DNA of 64,000 nt from an uncultured Acidimicrobiaceae bacterium (lineage in GTDB: Bacteria; Actinomycetota; Acidimicrobiia; Acidimicrobiales; Salinilacustritrichaceae): positions 60,953-124,952 of the forward strand of contig CAWDAJ010000004.1 of assembly GCA_963800295.1 (NCBI GenBank), written 5' to 3'. This document shows, one piece after another, positions 49,885 to 58,890 of the stretch. Made by a program: the position numbers and the translations under genes. Positions within the stretch are counted from its first letter, which is position 1, and every line of letters begins with the position of its first letter. The notes beneath the pieces were generated by a model. It saw only the letters and a program-made list of their open reading frames with translations. It searched no databases and had not been told where the DNA came from.

Positions 49885-51114
49885 ATGGGGGAACCGGTCA
49901 CCGCGTCCACGCTGCGCATCCCCGAGCACGCCGACACGAAGCTGGCGTGGCGCGTCGCGGTCGGTGCTGCCATCGCGTCGGGAACGGGCTTCGGGACCGC
50001 GTACACGTTCGGTGCGTTCTTCGACGCCATGTCCGACGACTTCGGCAGCGGCCGGGGTGCCACGGCGCTGGTGTTCGGCATCACGTTGCTGCTGTTCTTC
50101 GGGCTCGGTGTCATCTCGGGTCCGCTGTCGGATCGCGCCGGGCCACGGCGGTTGGTCGTGACCGGCGCCATCCTCGTCGCGTCGGGCCTGATGCTCACGT
50201 CCCGGGTCGACAACGTCTTCGTCGGCTACCTCACCTACGGCCTCGGCGTGGGTGTCGGCGGGGGGTTGATCGTCACCCCCATGTACGCCACCGCCGGCGG
50301 CTGGTTCGTGCGCCACCGCGCCGTCGCCATGGGCCTGGTCGCCTCCGGGAACGGGTTGGGGACGCTCCTACTGGTGCCGTTCGCCGAGTCGCTCATCGAC
50401 GCCCACGGCTGGCGCACCGCCTACCTGCTGCTCGGTCTGGTGGACCTTTGCCTGTTCTCCGTGGCCGCCCTTGCGCTCGCCAAGCCTCCGATCCACGCCG
50501 CTCCTCCACCGGCGCTGGCTCACATGCGAGCGATCCTGCGCATCCCCGCCTTCCGACTCATGTTCGCCACCGGTCTGCTGTTCTCGGTGTCGTTGTTCAT
50601 CGCATTCGCGTTCATCGTCGACTTCGCCACCGACGAGGGCATCAGCTCGAGCCGTGCGGCGCTGCTGGTCGGCATCATCGGCGCGACCAGCATCGTCGGT
50701 CGCCTGGGCATCACCGCCCTGAGCAGCCGGGTCAAGGCGGTCCGCCTGCTGCAGGGGTGCCTGGCCGCGCAGCCCGTCGCGTTCGTGCTCTGGTACCTCT
50801 CCGACGGGTCCTATCCGGTGCTCGTCGCCTTCGCCCTCACCATGGGGATCGCCTACGGCGGGTTCGTGGCGCTGGGTCCCGAGGTCGCCGCCGTGCTCTT
50901 CGGTGTCGTCGGCCTGGGCGGGATCATCGGCCTGCAGTTCCTCGGTGCCGGGCTGGGTGGTCTCCTGGGGCCGACGACCGCCGGGTTCCTCGCCGACGCC
51001 AGCGACGGCCAGACCGTGCCGATCCTGTTCGCCCTGGGGGCGTCAGTGGTCACCGTGCTGCTGTCACTCGGCCTGCCCACCGAGCAGGTGATGACGGCCG
51101 CCGACCTCGACTGA
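49885..51114 (+). CDS. MFS transporter (oxalate/formate antiporter / MCT-like subfamily)
   Basis: WRVAVGAAIASGTGFGTAYTFGAFF, GPLSDRAGPRRL, and 12 TM helices. Confidence 0.8.
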   Translation: MGEPVTASTLRIPEHADTKLAWRVAVGAAIASGTGFGTAYTFGAFFDAMSDDFGSGRGATALVFGITLLLFFGLGVISGPLSDRAGPRRLVVTGAILVASGLMLTSRVDNVFVGYLTYGLGVGVGGGLIVTPMYATAGGWFVRHRAVAMGLVASGNGLGTLLLVPFAESLIDAHGWRTAYLLLGLVDLCLFSVAALALAKPPIHAAPPPALAHMRAILRIPAFRLMFATGLLFSVSLFIAFAFIVDFATDEGISSSRAALLVGIIGATSIVGRLGITALSSRVKAVRLLQGCLAAQPVAFVLWYLSDGSYPVLVAFALTMGIAYGGFVALGPEVAAVLFGVVGLGGIIGLQFLGAGLGGLLGPTTAGFLADASDGQTVPILFALGASVVTVLLSLGLPTEQVMTAADLD

Positions 51115-51119
51115 CGCTG

Positions 51120-51629
51120 CTACGACGCCGCCGCCAGATGGCGGACCGGTGTGCCCGTTCGGCTCTCCGGTGCCCCCATGAAGATGGAGAAGACCGTGCC
51201 GTCGTCGAGGTGCCGGATCGACACGGCGTCGGCGAGCTCGTGGATCAGGTGCACACCGAGGCCGGACTCGTGCTGGAGCCGCTCGGGGTCGGACGGGTCA
51301 GGCAGCTCGGGGACGGCATTCGGGTCGAAGCCCGGCCCCCAGTCGCGGACGTCGACCCGCACGCAGCGGTCGGCACCGATCTCGCAGCGGACGACGATCC
51401 GCTTGCCCACGGCATCGGCCCGGTGGACCTTGGCTGCGTTGCTGCACGCCTCGGTGACCGCCAACCGCAGGTCGTGCAAGCGACCCTGGCGCAGCGGTGG
51501 CGTGAGGGTGGCCGCCGCCGCGACCACGACCTTCACGACCGGCCGGTAGTCGTCCTCGGGACGGAAGCGGGCGACCACGTGGAGCGGCCGTTCGGTTGGT
51601 GCGGGAGCGAGGATCGCACTCGGTTCCAT
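51120..51629 (-). CDS. Anti-sigma regulatory factor-type Ser/Thr kinase (HATPase_c, RsbW/SpoIIAB-like)
   Basis: LRLAVTEACSNAAKH-like N-box (TEACSNAAKVH), the G1 box DWGPGF, and GLGVHLIHELAD. The start is placed at MEPSAIL (51629). Confidence 0.7.
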   Translation of the reverse strand: MEPSAILAPAPTERPLHVVARFRPEDDYRPVVKVVVAAAATLTPPLRQGRLHDLRLAVTEACSNAAKVHRADAVGKRIVVRCEIGADRCVRVDVRDWGPGFDPNAVPELPDPSDPERLQHESGLGVHLIHELADAVSIRHLDDGTVFSIFMGAPESRTGTPVRHLAAAS

Positions 51630-51766
51630 GGTGTCCCCCTGGGTCAAGGATCGGTGATGCTCGGTCCCTATCCCACCTTCATGACGACTAGAGCGGATTT
51701 CGTCATCTTTTCGTAACACATTGGGGACGAAGCGGACGTGCCGGCACCTCGCCGTACCCGAACGCC

Positions 51767-54589
51767 TCAGGCACGCACCCGCGCGCTGACGTAGCGGTCG
51801 TCGTCCGTGCGCTCGATGCGCCCTTCGTCGAGGGCGGTGCGCAGGGCCCGCTTGAACCGGCCCGGACCCCAGCGGCGGCCGGCGACGTGGTCGTGGAGCT
51901 CGTCGCTGGTCAGCGGTCCGGCGTCGAGGGCGTTCACGATCTGCTCGATCTCGCCGTCGATGTCCACGTCGACGGACGGGATCCGGGCAGAGGACATCAG
52001 TCCGGCCCGCATCGACCGTCGAGGGTACGGGTGGCGGTGCCGGCGTCGGAGGCCGTCCCGTCGGCTGCCGGCGCCCACGGCTCGCAGCGCCACCTGGGTC
52101 CGGTGCCCGATGACGCCATCGGGCTCCAGGCCGTGCTCGCGCTGGAACTCTTCGATCGAGGCGGCGTCCGCCGGGTCGATCGACACGGCGCCGGCGCCGT
52201 CGTTCTCGGCCAGCGGTCCGTACCGGGCTTCGCGCTCGTCGTCGTCGGTGGCCTCGCGCTCGTTGCGCACCGCCGCCATGGCCCCCTGGGTCTCGGGTCC
52301 GAGGATCCCGTCGACCTCGAGGCCGTGCTCGCGCTGGAAGCGTCGGATCGACGTGGGGTCGCTCGGGTCGACGCCCAGGTGATGGTCGGCTTCGTAGCGC
52401 AACGCCTGGGCCGTGGGCGCATCGATGTCGCCGGTCTCGTCCAGGTCGTAGCGCCGTTGGAAGGCGCGCACGGCCTCGGTGTCGACCGGGTCGAGGTAGG
52501 GCAACGCTCCCGCCGGACGACCGTCCTCGGCGGCCGAACGGTCGGATGCGATCGGCGAGCGACGCCGGTGCGCCCGCATGGCCAGCAACGCGCCGCGCGT
52601 CGCCGGCCCGACGACCCCGTCGTCCTCCAGACCCAGGGCGGCCTGGAACGCCTCGACGCTCGAGCTCGACCGAGGATCGACGTCGTCAGGAAGCTCGTCG
52701 TCGCCGGCGAGCTCGGCCTCGACGGCTCGCACGGCCGTGCGCGTGTCGTCGTCCATCACGCCGGTCACTGGAAGGCCACGCTCGTGCTGGAAGCGCCGCA
52801 CCTCGTCGGTGTCGGCCGGGTCCACGTCCGCCACACGGCGTGCGTAGCGCAGGGCACCACGAGTGACCGGTCCGATCACGGCGTCGACGGTCAGCCCGAA
52901 GCGACGCTGGAAGCGGCGGATGTCGTCCGGGTCGGTCGGATCGATCAGCTCGAGCTCGTCGTCGTCCAGGTCGTCGGCGGCCGCCCGCTCGGCCTTCAGG
53001 GCGCCCCGGGTCTGGTCGCCGATGGCGCCGTCGACCGTGAGTCCCTGGTCCTCCTGGAAGGAGCGGACATCGTCGGCGTCGGCAGGGTCGATGCCGAGGG
53101 GACCTGTCCGCCGGGCCGAGCTGGCGTCGGCGTCTCCGCTGTCGCCTGCGTCGGCGGCCGACAGAGGCTTGGCGATGTCCTCGAGGCTGCGCTGCTCGGC
53201 CTTGACGCCCCAGAGCAGCTCGGCGACACCACCGAGCATCATCAGCCCGGCACCGATGAGGTAGCCGATGTACACCGACCCGCGGCTGTTGCCCTCGCCG
53301 ATCAGCGTGCCGAAGAGCCACGGGCCGACGATGCCGCCGGCGCCGGTGGCGATGGCGTAGAAGAACGCGATCGCCATGGCCCGGATCTCCAGCGGGAAGG
53401 TCTCGCTCACGGTGAGGTAGCCCGCGCTGGCACCCGCCGAGGCGAAGAAGAAGATCACGACCCAACCGGCGGTGAGGGTCATCGTGCTGAGGACGTCCTG
53501 GGTGAACAGGTAGCCGATGCCGGCGGTGAGGATGCCCGCGGTGAAGTAGCACCCCGAGATCAATGGCTTGCGGCCGACGGTGTCGAAGAAGCGGCCGAGC
53601 AGGATGGGGCCGAGCAGGTTCCCGATGGCGAAGGGGATGATGTACAGCCCGACGCTCTTGGTACTGACGCCGTAGAAGGTGGTGAGGATGAGTCCGTACG
53701 TGAAGAAGATGGCGTTGTACAGGAACGCCTGCGTCGCCATGAGGGAGAAGCTCACCACAGACCGCTTGGGGTAGAGGCGGAACATCGTGCGGCCGAGCTC
53801 GAGGAAGCCGAGCGATCGCCGTTCGCGGAGCTCGATCGCTTCGTCGTCGGGCGGCTCCTCCAGGGTGAGGTCGTCACCTTCGTCCTGCCGGACGGCGTCC
53901 TCGATCTCCTGCACCACCGCTTCGGCCTCCTCCTCGCGGCCGTGGGTCATCAGCCAGCGGGGGCTCTCGGGCACCGAGCGCCGGAGCAGCAGGATGCCGA
54001 CGGCCAACACGCCGCCGGTGGCGAAGGCCGCTCGCCACCCGTAGGCGTCGGGCAACAGGTTCAAGAAGACGAGTGACAGGCCGCCGGCGATGGCGGCGCC
54101 GCCCCAGTAGCTGCCGTTGATGGCGAGATCGGCCCAGCCGCGCGCTCGGGCGGGGATCAGTTCGTCGATGGCCGAGTTGATGGCGGCGTACTCCCCGCCG
54201 ATGCCGAAGCCGGTGACGAACCGGAAGATGGCGAAGCTCCAGAACCCCCACGCCAGAGTCGTCATGATCACGCCGAGCATGTACACGCCGAGAGTGGCGA
54301 GGAAGAGCTTCTTCCGACCCATCCGGTCGGTGAGGTAGCCCCAGAACAGGGCACCGGAGATGGCGCCGAACACGTAGATGGATGCCACCAGGCCGACCTG
54401 GCCACTGGTCATCCCGAGGCTGTCGCGCAGGGAGGGCCCAACCGCGCCCTTCATCGTCACCTCGAGCCCGTCGAGGATCCACACCGTGCCGAGCGAAGCC
54501 ACCACGTACCAGTGCCACTTCGACCACGGGAGTCGGTCCAGACGCGCCGGGATCTTCGTGCTGATGACCTTCCTCGTCACGGACGCCAC
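51767..54589 (-). CDS. MFS (sugar-porter-like) transporter fused to a ~470-aa C-terminal tail carrying 7 peptidoglycan-binding-domain-like repeats and a terminal winged-helix-like module
   Basis: N-terminal 12-TM MFS domain (GYLTDRMGRKK, GFGIGGEYAA, PESPRWL). The tail then has seven copies of D(P)xDxxx[VI]RxFQxxxGLxxDGxxGxxTxxAL (for example VRSFQEDQGLTVDGAIGDQTRGAL and IRRFQREHGLEVDGILGPETQGAM). The protein ends with LTSDELHDHVAGRRWGPGRFKRALRTALDEGRIERTDDDRYV. Confidence 0.85.
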   Translation of the reverse strand: MASVTRKVISTKIPARLDRLPWSKWHWYVVASLGTVWILDGLEVTMKGAVGPSLRDSLGMTSGQVGLVASIYVFGAISGALFWGYLTDRMGRKKLFLATLGVYMLGVIMTTLAWGFWSFAIFRFVTGFGIGGEYAAINSAIDELIPARARGWADLAINGSYWGGAAIAGGLSLVFLNLLPDAYGWRAAFATGGVLAVGILLLRRSVPESPRWLMTHGREEEAEAVVQEIEDAVRQDEGDDLTLEEPPDDEAIELRERRSLGFLELGRTMFRLYPKRSVVSFSLMATQAFLYNAIFFTYGLILTTFYGVSTKSVGLYIIPFAIGNLLGPILLGRFFDTVGRKPLISGCYFTAGILTAGIGYLFTQDVLSTMTLTAGWVVIFFFASAGASAGYLTVSETFPLEIRAMAIAFFYAIATGAGGIVGPWLFGTLIGEGNSRGSVYIGYLIGAGLMMLGGVAELLWGVKAEQRSLEDIAKPLSAADAGDSGDADASSARRTGPLGIDPADADDVRSFQEDQGLTVDGAIGDQTRGALKAERAAADDLDDDELELIDPTDPDDIRRFQRRFGLTVDAVIGPVTRGALRYARRVADVDPADTDEVRRFQHERGLPVTGVMDDDTRTAVRAVEAELAGDDELPDDVDPRSSSSVEAFQAALGLEDDGVVGPATRGALLAMRAHRRRSPIASDRSAAEDGRPAGALPYLDPVDTEAVRAFQRRYDLDETGDIDAPTAQALRYEADHHLGVDPSDPTSIRRFQREHGLEVDGILGPETQGAMAAVRNEREATDDDEREARYGPLAENDGAGAVSIDPADAASIEEFQREHGLEPDGVIGHRTQVALRAVGAGSRRDGLRRRHRHPYPRRSMRAGLMSSARIPSVDVDIDGEIEQIVNALDAGPLTSDELHDHVAGRRWGPGRFKRALRTALDEGRIERTDDDRYVSARVRA

Positions 54590-54775
54590 CTGTCGCTCCT
54601 TCTTCTCGCTGGCTGAGGACCCACCGTCCGTGGCGAACGGAGGCTGCCGAAGGCGCCTACCCAGCCGGCGAGGTTTTCAGCCCTCTTCGCCCGATCGACG
54701 CGACCAGCCGGTTGGGAGCGGACCGCGACAGGCGGTCTATGCTGTCCCCTCCGACCAGCCGGCCCGCCGGCGCCA

Positions 54776-54849
54776 GCGCCCGTAGCTCAATTGGATAGAG
54801 CATCTGACTACGGATCAGAAGGTTGGGGGTTCGAGTCCCTCCGGGCGCG
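54776..54849 (+). tRNA. tRNA-Arg (anticodon ACG)
   Basis: Cloverleaf readable by eye: acceptor GCGCCCG/CGGGCGC, D arm GCTC-AATTGGATA-GAGC, anticodon arm TCTGA-CTACGGA-TCAGA, T arm GGGGG-TTCGAGT-CCCTC. Confidence 0.9.
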
Positions 54850-54962
54850 CGGAAAGCAGCAGGTCAGAGCACCTGCCGTTTGCGTTGAGGGGTCACTGAG
54901 ACCCTCTTGGCAATCCGTTGGCAATCTGCCGGCGGCGTCGAGCCGAGAGGAGTCGATGAGAC

Positions 54963-56156
54963 ATGCAGGGTCATCTGCAACGACGGGGCGACGATTCGTG
55001 GCGGTGCAAGGTCTTCCTGGGCCGCTCCGCCGACGGCAAGCGCCGGTACCTCGAGCGCACCGTCCGGGGGTCGCGCAAGGAGGCCGAGCACGAGCTGGCC
55101 GTGATGGTGGTCGAGGCCGGCGAGGGTCGGTGGGTTCCGACGGCGCCGATGACGATGGCCGAGCTGCTCGAGCGCTGGCTGACGCTGAAGGCGACGACCG
55201 TGGAGCCGACCACGGTCAACGGCTACCGGTGGATCGCGAAGCAGTACGTGCTGCCGGCGTTCGGCGACCGGAAGGTGGCGACGATCCGGACCCTGGAGCT
55301 GGACGACTTCTACGCCCAGCTCCGCTCTCACGGCCGCACGGTCGGCGCCCACGCCGGCTCTCAGGACGATGAGAGCGCGCTCTCCGGCCGCACGGTCCGG
55401 ATCTGCCACACCGTGTTGCGCCAGTCGCTCGAGCAGGCCCGCAAGTGGGGCGTGATCTCCCGCAACCCGGCCCGGGACGCCACTCCCCCATCCGTCGGCC
55501 ACCACGAGATCTCGCCGCCGTCGGTGACCCAGGTCCGGGCCCTGGTCGAGCGGGCCCTCGACGACGAGTTCCCCGACTTCGGCGTCTACCTGTGGCTGCT
55601 CGCCGTCACCGGCTGCCGGCGGGGCGAGGGCTGCGCGCTGCGGTGGCGTGACGTCTCGTGGGGCACCAGCGATCTGTTGATCCGTCGGTCGATCGCCCAC
55701 GTCGGCTCGGAGATCGTCGAGAAGGGGACGAAGACCCACCAGGCCCGTCGGGTCGCGCTCGACGCCGGCACGCTCGATCTGCTCCGCCAGCACCAGCTGC
55801 GGTGCCAGGAGCTGGCGTTGCGGGTCGGCGTCCGGCTCGACGACGAGGCGTTCCTGTTCAGCGAGGATCCCGATTTCGCCACGCCGTGGCGTCCCGACGT
55901 CTGCACCAACCGCTTCGGCCGGCTCCGAGGCACGCTCGGGTTCGATTCGGTCCGGCTCCACGATTTGCGCCACTTCACAGCGACAGAGCTCGGCCAGTCC
56001 GGCACGCCGGTGGCGACGATCAGCGCCCGCCTCGGCCACCGCGACAAGGCCACCACCCTGAACATCTACAGCCACACCCTGCCGGCCAGCGACGCCCAGG
56101 CCGCCGAGACGATGAGTCGACTGCTCGGCACGCCCGCTCTCGAGCACCGTGCGTAG
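54963..56156 (+). CDS. Tyrosine-type site-specific recombinase (phage integrase family)
   Basis: An N-terminal SAM-like/arm-binding region. The catalytic residues have recognisable contexts: TGCRRGEGCALRW (Arg), LHDLRHF (His-x-x-Arg), RLGHRDKATTLNIYSH (His ... Tyr). Confidence 0.9.
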   Translation: MQGHLQRRGDDSWRCKVFLGRSADGKRRYLERTVRGSRKEAEHELAVMVVEAGEGRWVPTAPMTMAELLERWLTLKATTVEPTTVNGYRWIAKQYVLPAFGDRKVATIRTLELDDFYAQLRSHGRTVGAHAGSQDDESALSGRTVRICHTVLRQSLEQARKWGVISRNPARDATPPSVGHHEISPPSVTQVRALVERALDDEFPDFGVYLWLLAVTGCRRGEGCALRWRDVSWGTSDLLIRRSIAHVGSEIVEKGTKTHQARRVALDAGTLDLLRQHQLRCQELALRVGVRLDDEAFLFSEDPDFATPWRPDVCTNRFGRLRGTLGFDSVRLHDLRHFTATELGQSGTPVATISARLGHRDKATTLNIYSHTLPASDAQAAETMSRLLGTPALEHRA

Positions 56157-56226
56157 CCGCTCTCACGACAGCGGATCTCCATCCGAACGCGCCCCGAGCT
56201 CCACCCCTCCGAGCAGACACACCCTT

Positions 56227-56253
56227 GCAGGTTCCCCCCGAGGGGGAACCTGC
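56227..56253 (+). terminator. 12-bp perfect GC-rich hairpin after the integrase gene
   Basis: gcaggttccccc-cga-gggggaacctgc, 71 nt downstream of the int stop. Confidence 0.55.
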
Positions 56254-56358
56254 GGCGCCTCACCCCGCTTCCGCCGCACCACGCTCAGGGGCCGGATCGG
56301 ACGAGGGCGGATTTGAGACGAATCGCCCCCGATGAGGGCGATGTGAGATGTGAACACC

Positions 56359-56667
56359 ATGCGACCCCTCACCCTCACCGTCGAAGAAGCCGGCCGACTC
56401 CTCGGCGTCAGCCGCTCCACCGCCTACGAGCTCGTCCGCACCGGCGAACTCGAGTCGATCCGGCTGCGCCGTCGAGTCGTCGTACCGGTGGCGGGCCTCG
56501 CGCAGCGGCTGCACCTCACCGTCCCGGACGTGTGGCTCGCCCTCGGCCGGCACGGCGACGATGCGGACCGGAGGTCAACATCGACGATCGAGTCCAGCGC
56601 GACCGTCGGAGAGGACCGAGGAAATCGACCCACCGGCGACCATAACCCAGTGCTGCTATCACCTTGA
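56359..56667 (+). CDS. Excisionase-family helix-turn-helix DNA-binding protein
   Basis: MRPLTLTVEEAGRLLGVSRSTAYELVRTGELESIRLRRRVVVP is the typical MerR-like excisionase HTH. It lies directly after int. Confidence 0.75.
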   Translation: MRPLTLTVEEAGRLLGVSRSTAYELVRTGELESIRLRRRVVVPVAGLAQRLHLTVPDVWLALGRHGDDADRRSTSTIESSATVGEDRGNRPTGDHNPVLLSP

Positions 56668-56712
56668 CAAAGCTACGATCAATAGCCAAAATGCTATGTA
56701 TGCTCGCTATTG
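56664..56712 (+). promoter_or_regulatory. AT-rich promoter/operator region upstream of the TetR gene (TTGACA -35; nested ATAGC/GCTAT inverted repeats)
   Basis: ttgacaaagctacgatCAATAGCcaaaatGCTATgtatgctcGCTATTG. CAATAGC (56680-86) pairs with GCTATTG (56706-12), and the inner ATAGC-N6-GCTAT sits between them. Confidence 0.5.
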
Positions 56713-56785
56713 AACGTAGCCGTCGGGCTACACCGCATTGCCTCATTCACCTCCCGGCCGCCACCTCGACCACGGGGCGGCGCTG

Positions 56786-57367
56786 ATGCCTCGGGCCGGG
56801 TTGAGTCCGGACGCGGTCGTGTCGGCGGCGGCAGAACTGGCCGACGAGGTCGGTCTGGACCAGGTCACCTTGGCGGCGCTGGCCCAGCGGGTCGGGGTGG
56901 CGGCGCCGAGCCTGTACAAGCACGTGGCCGGCCTCGACGACCTCCGCGACCGCCTGGCCGCTCGAGCCCTACGCGAACTGGGCGAAGGGCTCGCGACAGC
57001 CGCGGTCGGACGGGCCGGCGCTGACGCTCTCGCCGGCATCGCGCACGCCTACCGCGACTACGCGTCGGCCCATCCCGGCCGGTACGCCGCCACGCTGGGA
57101 GCGCCGACCGAGGACCAGGTCGAACACACCGAGGCGGCCCGTGCCGTGCTGACGACGGTGTTCGCCGTCCTGTCCGGCTATGGCCTCGACGGCGACGACC
57201 TCATCGACGCCACCCGGGCCGTGCACGCCGCGTTGCACGGCTTCGTGGCCCTCGAAGCCGCGGGCAGCTTCGGCATGCCGCAAGACGTCGACCGGTCCTT
57301 CGCCCGCCTCGTCATCGGGCTCGACACCGCCCTCGCCCACTGGCCGCGCGACGAGAACGAGCCCTGA
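56786..57367 (+). CDS. TetR/AcrR family transcriptional regulator (WHG-type C-terminal domain)
   Basis: LDQVTLAALAQRVGVAAPSLYKHVAGLDDL (HTH) and ALHGFVALEAAGSFGMP (WHG-like). The start is placed at MPRAGLSP. Confidence 0.85.
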   Translation: MPRAGLSPDAVVSAAAELADEVGLDQVTLAALAQRVGVAAPSLYKHVAGLDDLRDRLAARALRELGEGLATAAVGRAGADALAGIAHAYRDYASAHPGRYAATLGAPTEDQVEHTEAARAVLTTVFAVLSGYGLDGDDLIDATRAVHAALHGFVALEAAGSFGMPQDVDRSFARLVIGLDTALAHWPRDENEP

Positions 57368-57410
57368 ACCCCACTCCCGTCACACCCAGCAATCCACCAG
57401 GAGGCATCCC

Positions 57411-58160
57411 GTGCACACCACCGCTCACCACCACACCCACCACGTCGACCCCTCGAGCCCCCGGGTGTCGCGGGCCACCGCCGCCGCGTTCGCGGCCGCC
57501 GGCGTGTTGTTCGTCGCCTACCCGGCCCTCCGGCCCTTCTCCGACGAGAAGACCCTCGACGGGGCGGCGGCGTTCGCGTCGACGTCGTGGCTGGTCGCCC
57601 ACTCCCTGGCCATGGTCGCCTTCGTGCTCGTCGCACTCGGGTTCTTCGGCGTGGTCCGCCGGCTCCATTCGTCGCCCACCGGTCGGCTGGCGGGGCGCGC
57701 CGCCGTGGTCACAGCGGTCGGGGTCGGGCTGACCTTGCCGTTCTACGGGGCGGAAGCCTTCGGACTGCACGCCCTCGGCCAGGAAGCGATCGACCGCAAC
57801 GACCCGACCCTGGTGTCGATGTCGGACTCCATCCGATTCGGCTTCGGGATCGTCTTCATCACCGTCGGGCTCCTCGCCCTCGCCGTCGGAGCCATCATGA
57901 TGGCCCGCGCCATCTGGCGTTCCGGCGTCCTCGACCGGGCAAGCGGAGTGACGTTCGCCGTCGCCTTCGCCCTCTATCTGCCGCAGTTCTCCGCCCCCCA
58001 GCCCGTCCGCGTCGCCCACGGTCTCGTCGTCCTCGCCGGCTGCGTCGCCATCGCCCGCGCCCTTCACCGGGCCGACACCACAGCCTCGCCCGCCACCGCG
58101 TCGCCAGCCCACAGCTTCGAGCGAGACGACGCCGCTTTCATGGTCGGCGCGGCCCACTGA
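57411..58160 (+). CDS. Hypothetical membrane protein with His-rich N-terminus
   Basis: GTG start preceded by a GGAGG RBS. VHTTAHHHTHHVD is followed by about 6 TM helices. Confidence 0.6.
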   Translation: MHTTAHHHTHHVDPSSPRVSRATAAAFAAAGVLFVAYPALRPFSDEKTLDGAAAFASTSWLVAHSLAMVAFVLVALGFFGVVRRLHSSPTGRLAGRAAVVTAVGVGLTLPFYGAEAFGLHALGQEAIDRNDPTLVSMSDSIRFGFGIVFITVGLLALAVGAIMMARAIWRSGVLDRASGVTFAVAFALYLPQFSAPQPVRVAHGLVVLAGCVAIARALHRADTTASPATASPAHSFERDDAAFMVGAAH

Positions 58161-58314
58161 CCACTCGCTCCGGTCCCGGCCCGTGACGGGCCGGGACCAG
58201 CCAACCCGGAGAGGAGTCTCCGAATGTCTGCCCGTCTCGCCACCCCACCCCGCACGCCGCCGCCCGGCTTCCCCACGCCAGCTCCTCTCCCATCGCCCGG
58301 CAGGTCGGCAGCCG

Positions 58315-58890
58315 ATGACCGGGCTCCAGACCCGATCCCTGGTCGGCAGCACGTTCGGCCTGATCTTCGTCGTCGCCAACGCCGGGGCGCTCCCCGAACC
58401 GGTCAGCGCCCCCCTCCGGATCGCCGCCATCGCCACCTTCGTGGCCGAGATCACCGCACTCCGACACCTCGAGACGGACCAACCGCACGTCCAGGCCCGG
58501 GGAACGATGGACGCCGGCTACTTCCGAATCGTGGCCGCAGAGGCGATCGCAGGCGTCACCGGCGCGGCGCTGATCACCGGACCCCTCCGCACCCCCGATG
58601 CCGCCGTGGCATGGATCTCATTGGTCGTCGGCGTGCACTTCATGGCCCTCGCCGCCCACTGGCACCAACCCCTCCACCGCCACGTCGGCACCCTCATCGC
58701 AGGCGCGGGGCTTCTCGGCCTGCTCGCCGCCGGGCTCGGAGCCGCCCGCCCCGTCATCGCCACAGTCGCCGGAATCACGCCCGGCATCGTCCTGCTCGTC
58801 GCCGCCGCCCTCCCCATGCTCGGTGCCCAGATTCCCCGGGCGGCGGCCCGGACCACCACGACGAACCCCACGAAAGGAACGACACCATGA
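58315..58890 (+). CDS. Hypothetical membrane protein
   Basis: MTGLQTRSLVGSTFGLIFVVANAG..., 5-6 TM helices, in an operon with the flanking membrane genes. Confidence 0.55.
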   Translation: MTGLQTRSLVGSTFGLIFVVANAGALPEPVSAPLRIAAIATFVAEITALRHLETDQPHVQARGTMDAGYFRIVAAEAIAGVTGAALITGPLRTPDAAVAWISLVVGVHFMALAAHWHQPLHRHVGTLIAGAGLLGLLAAGLGAARPVIATVAGITPGIVLLVAAALPMLGAQIPRAAARTTTTNPTKGTTP

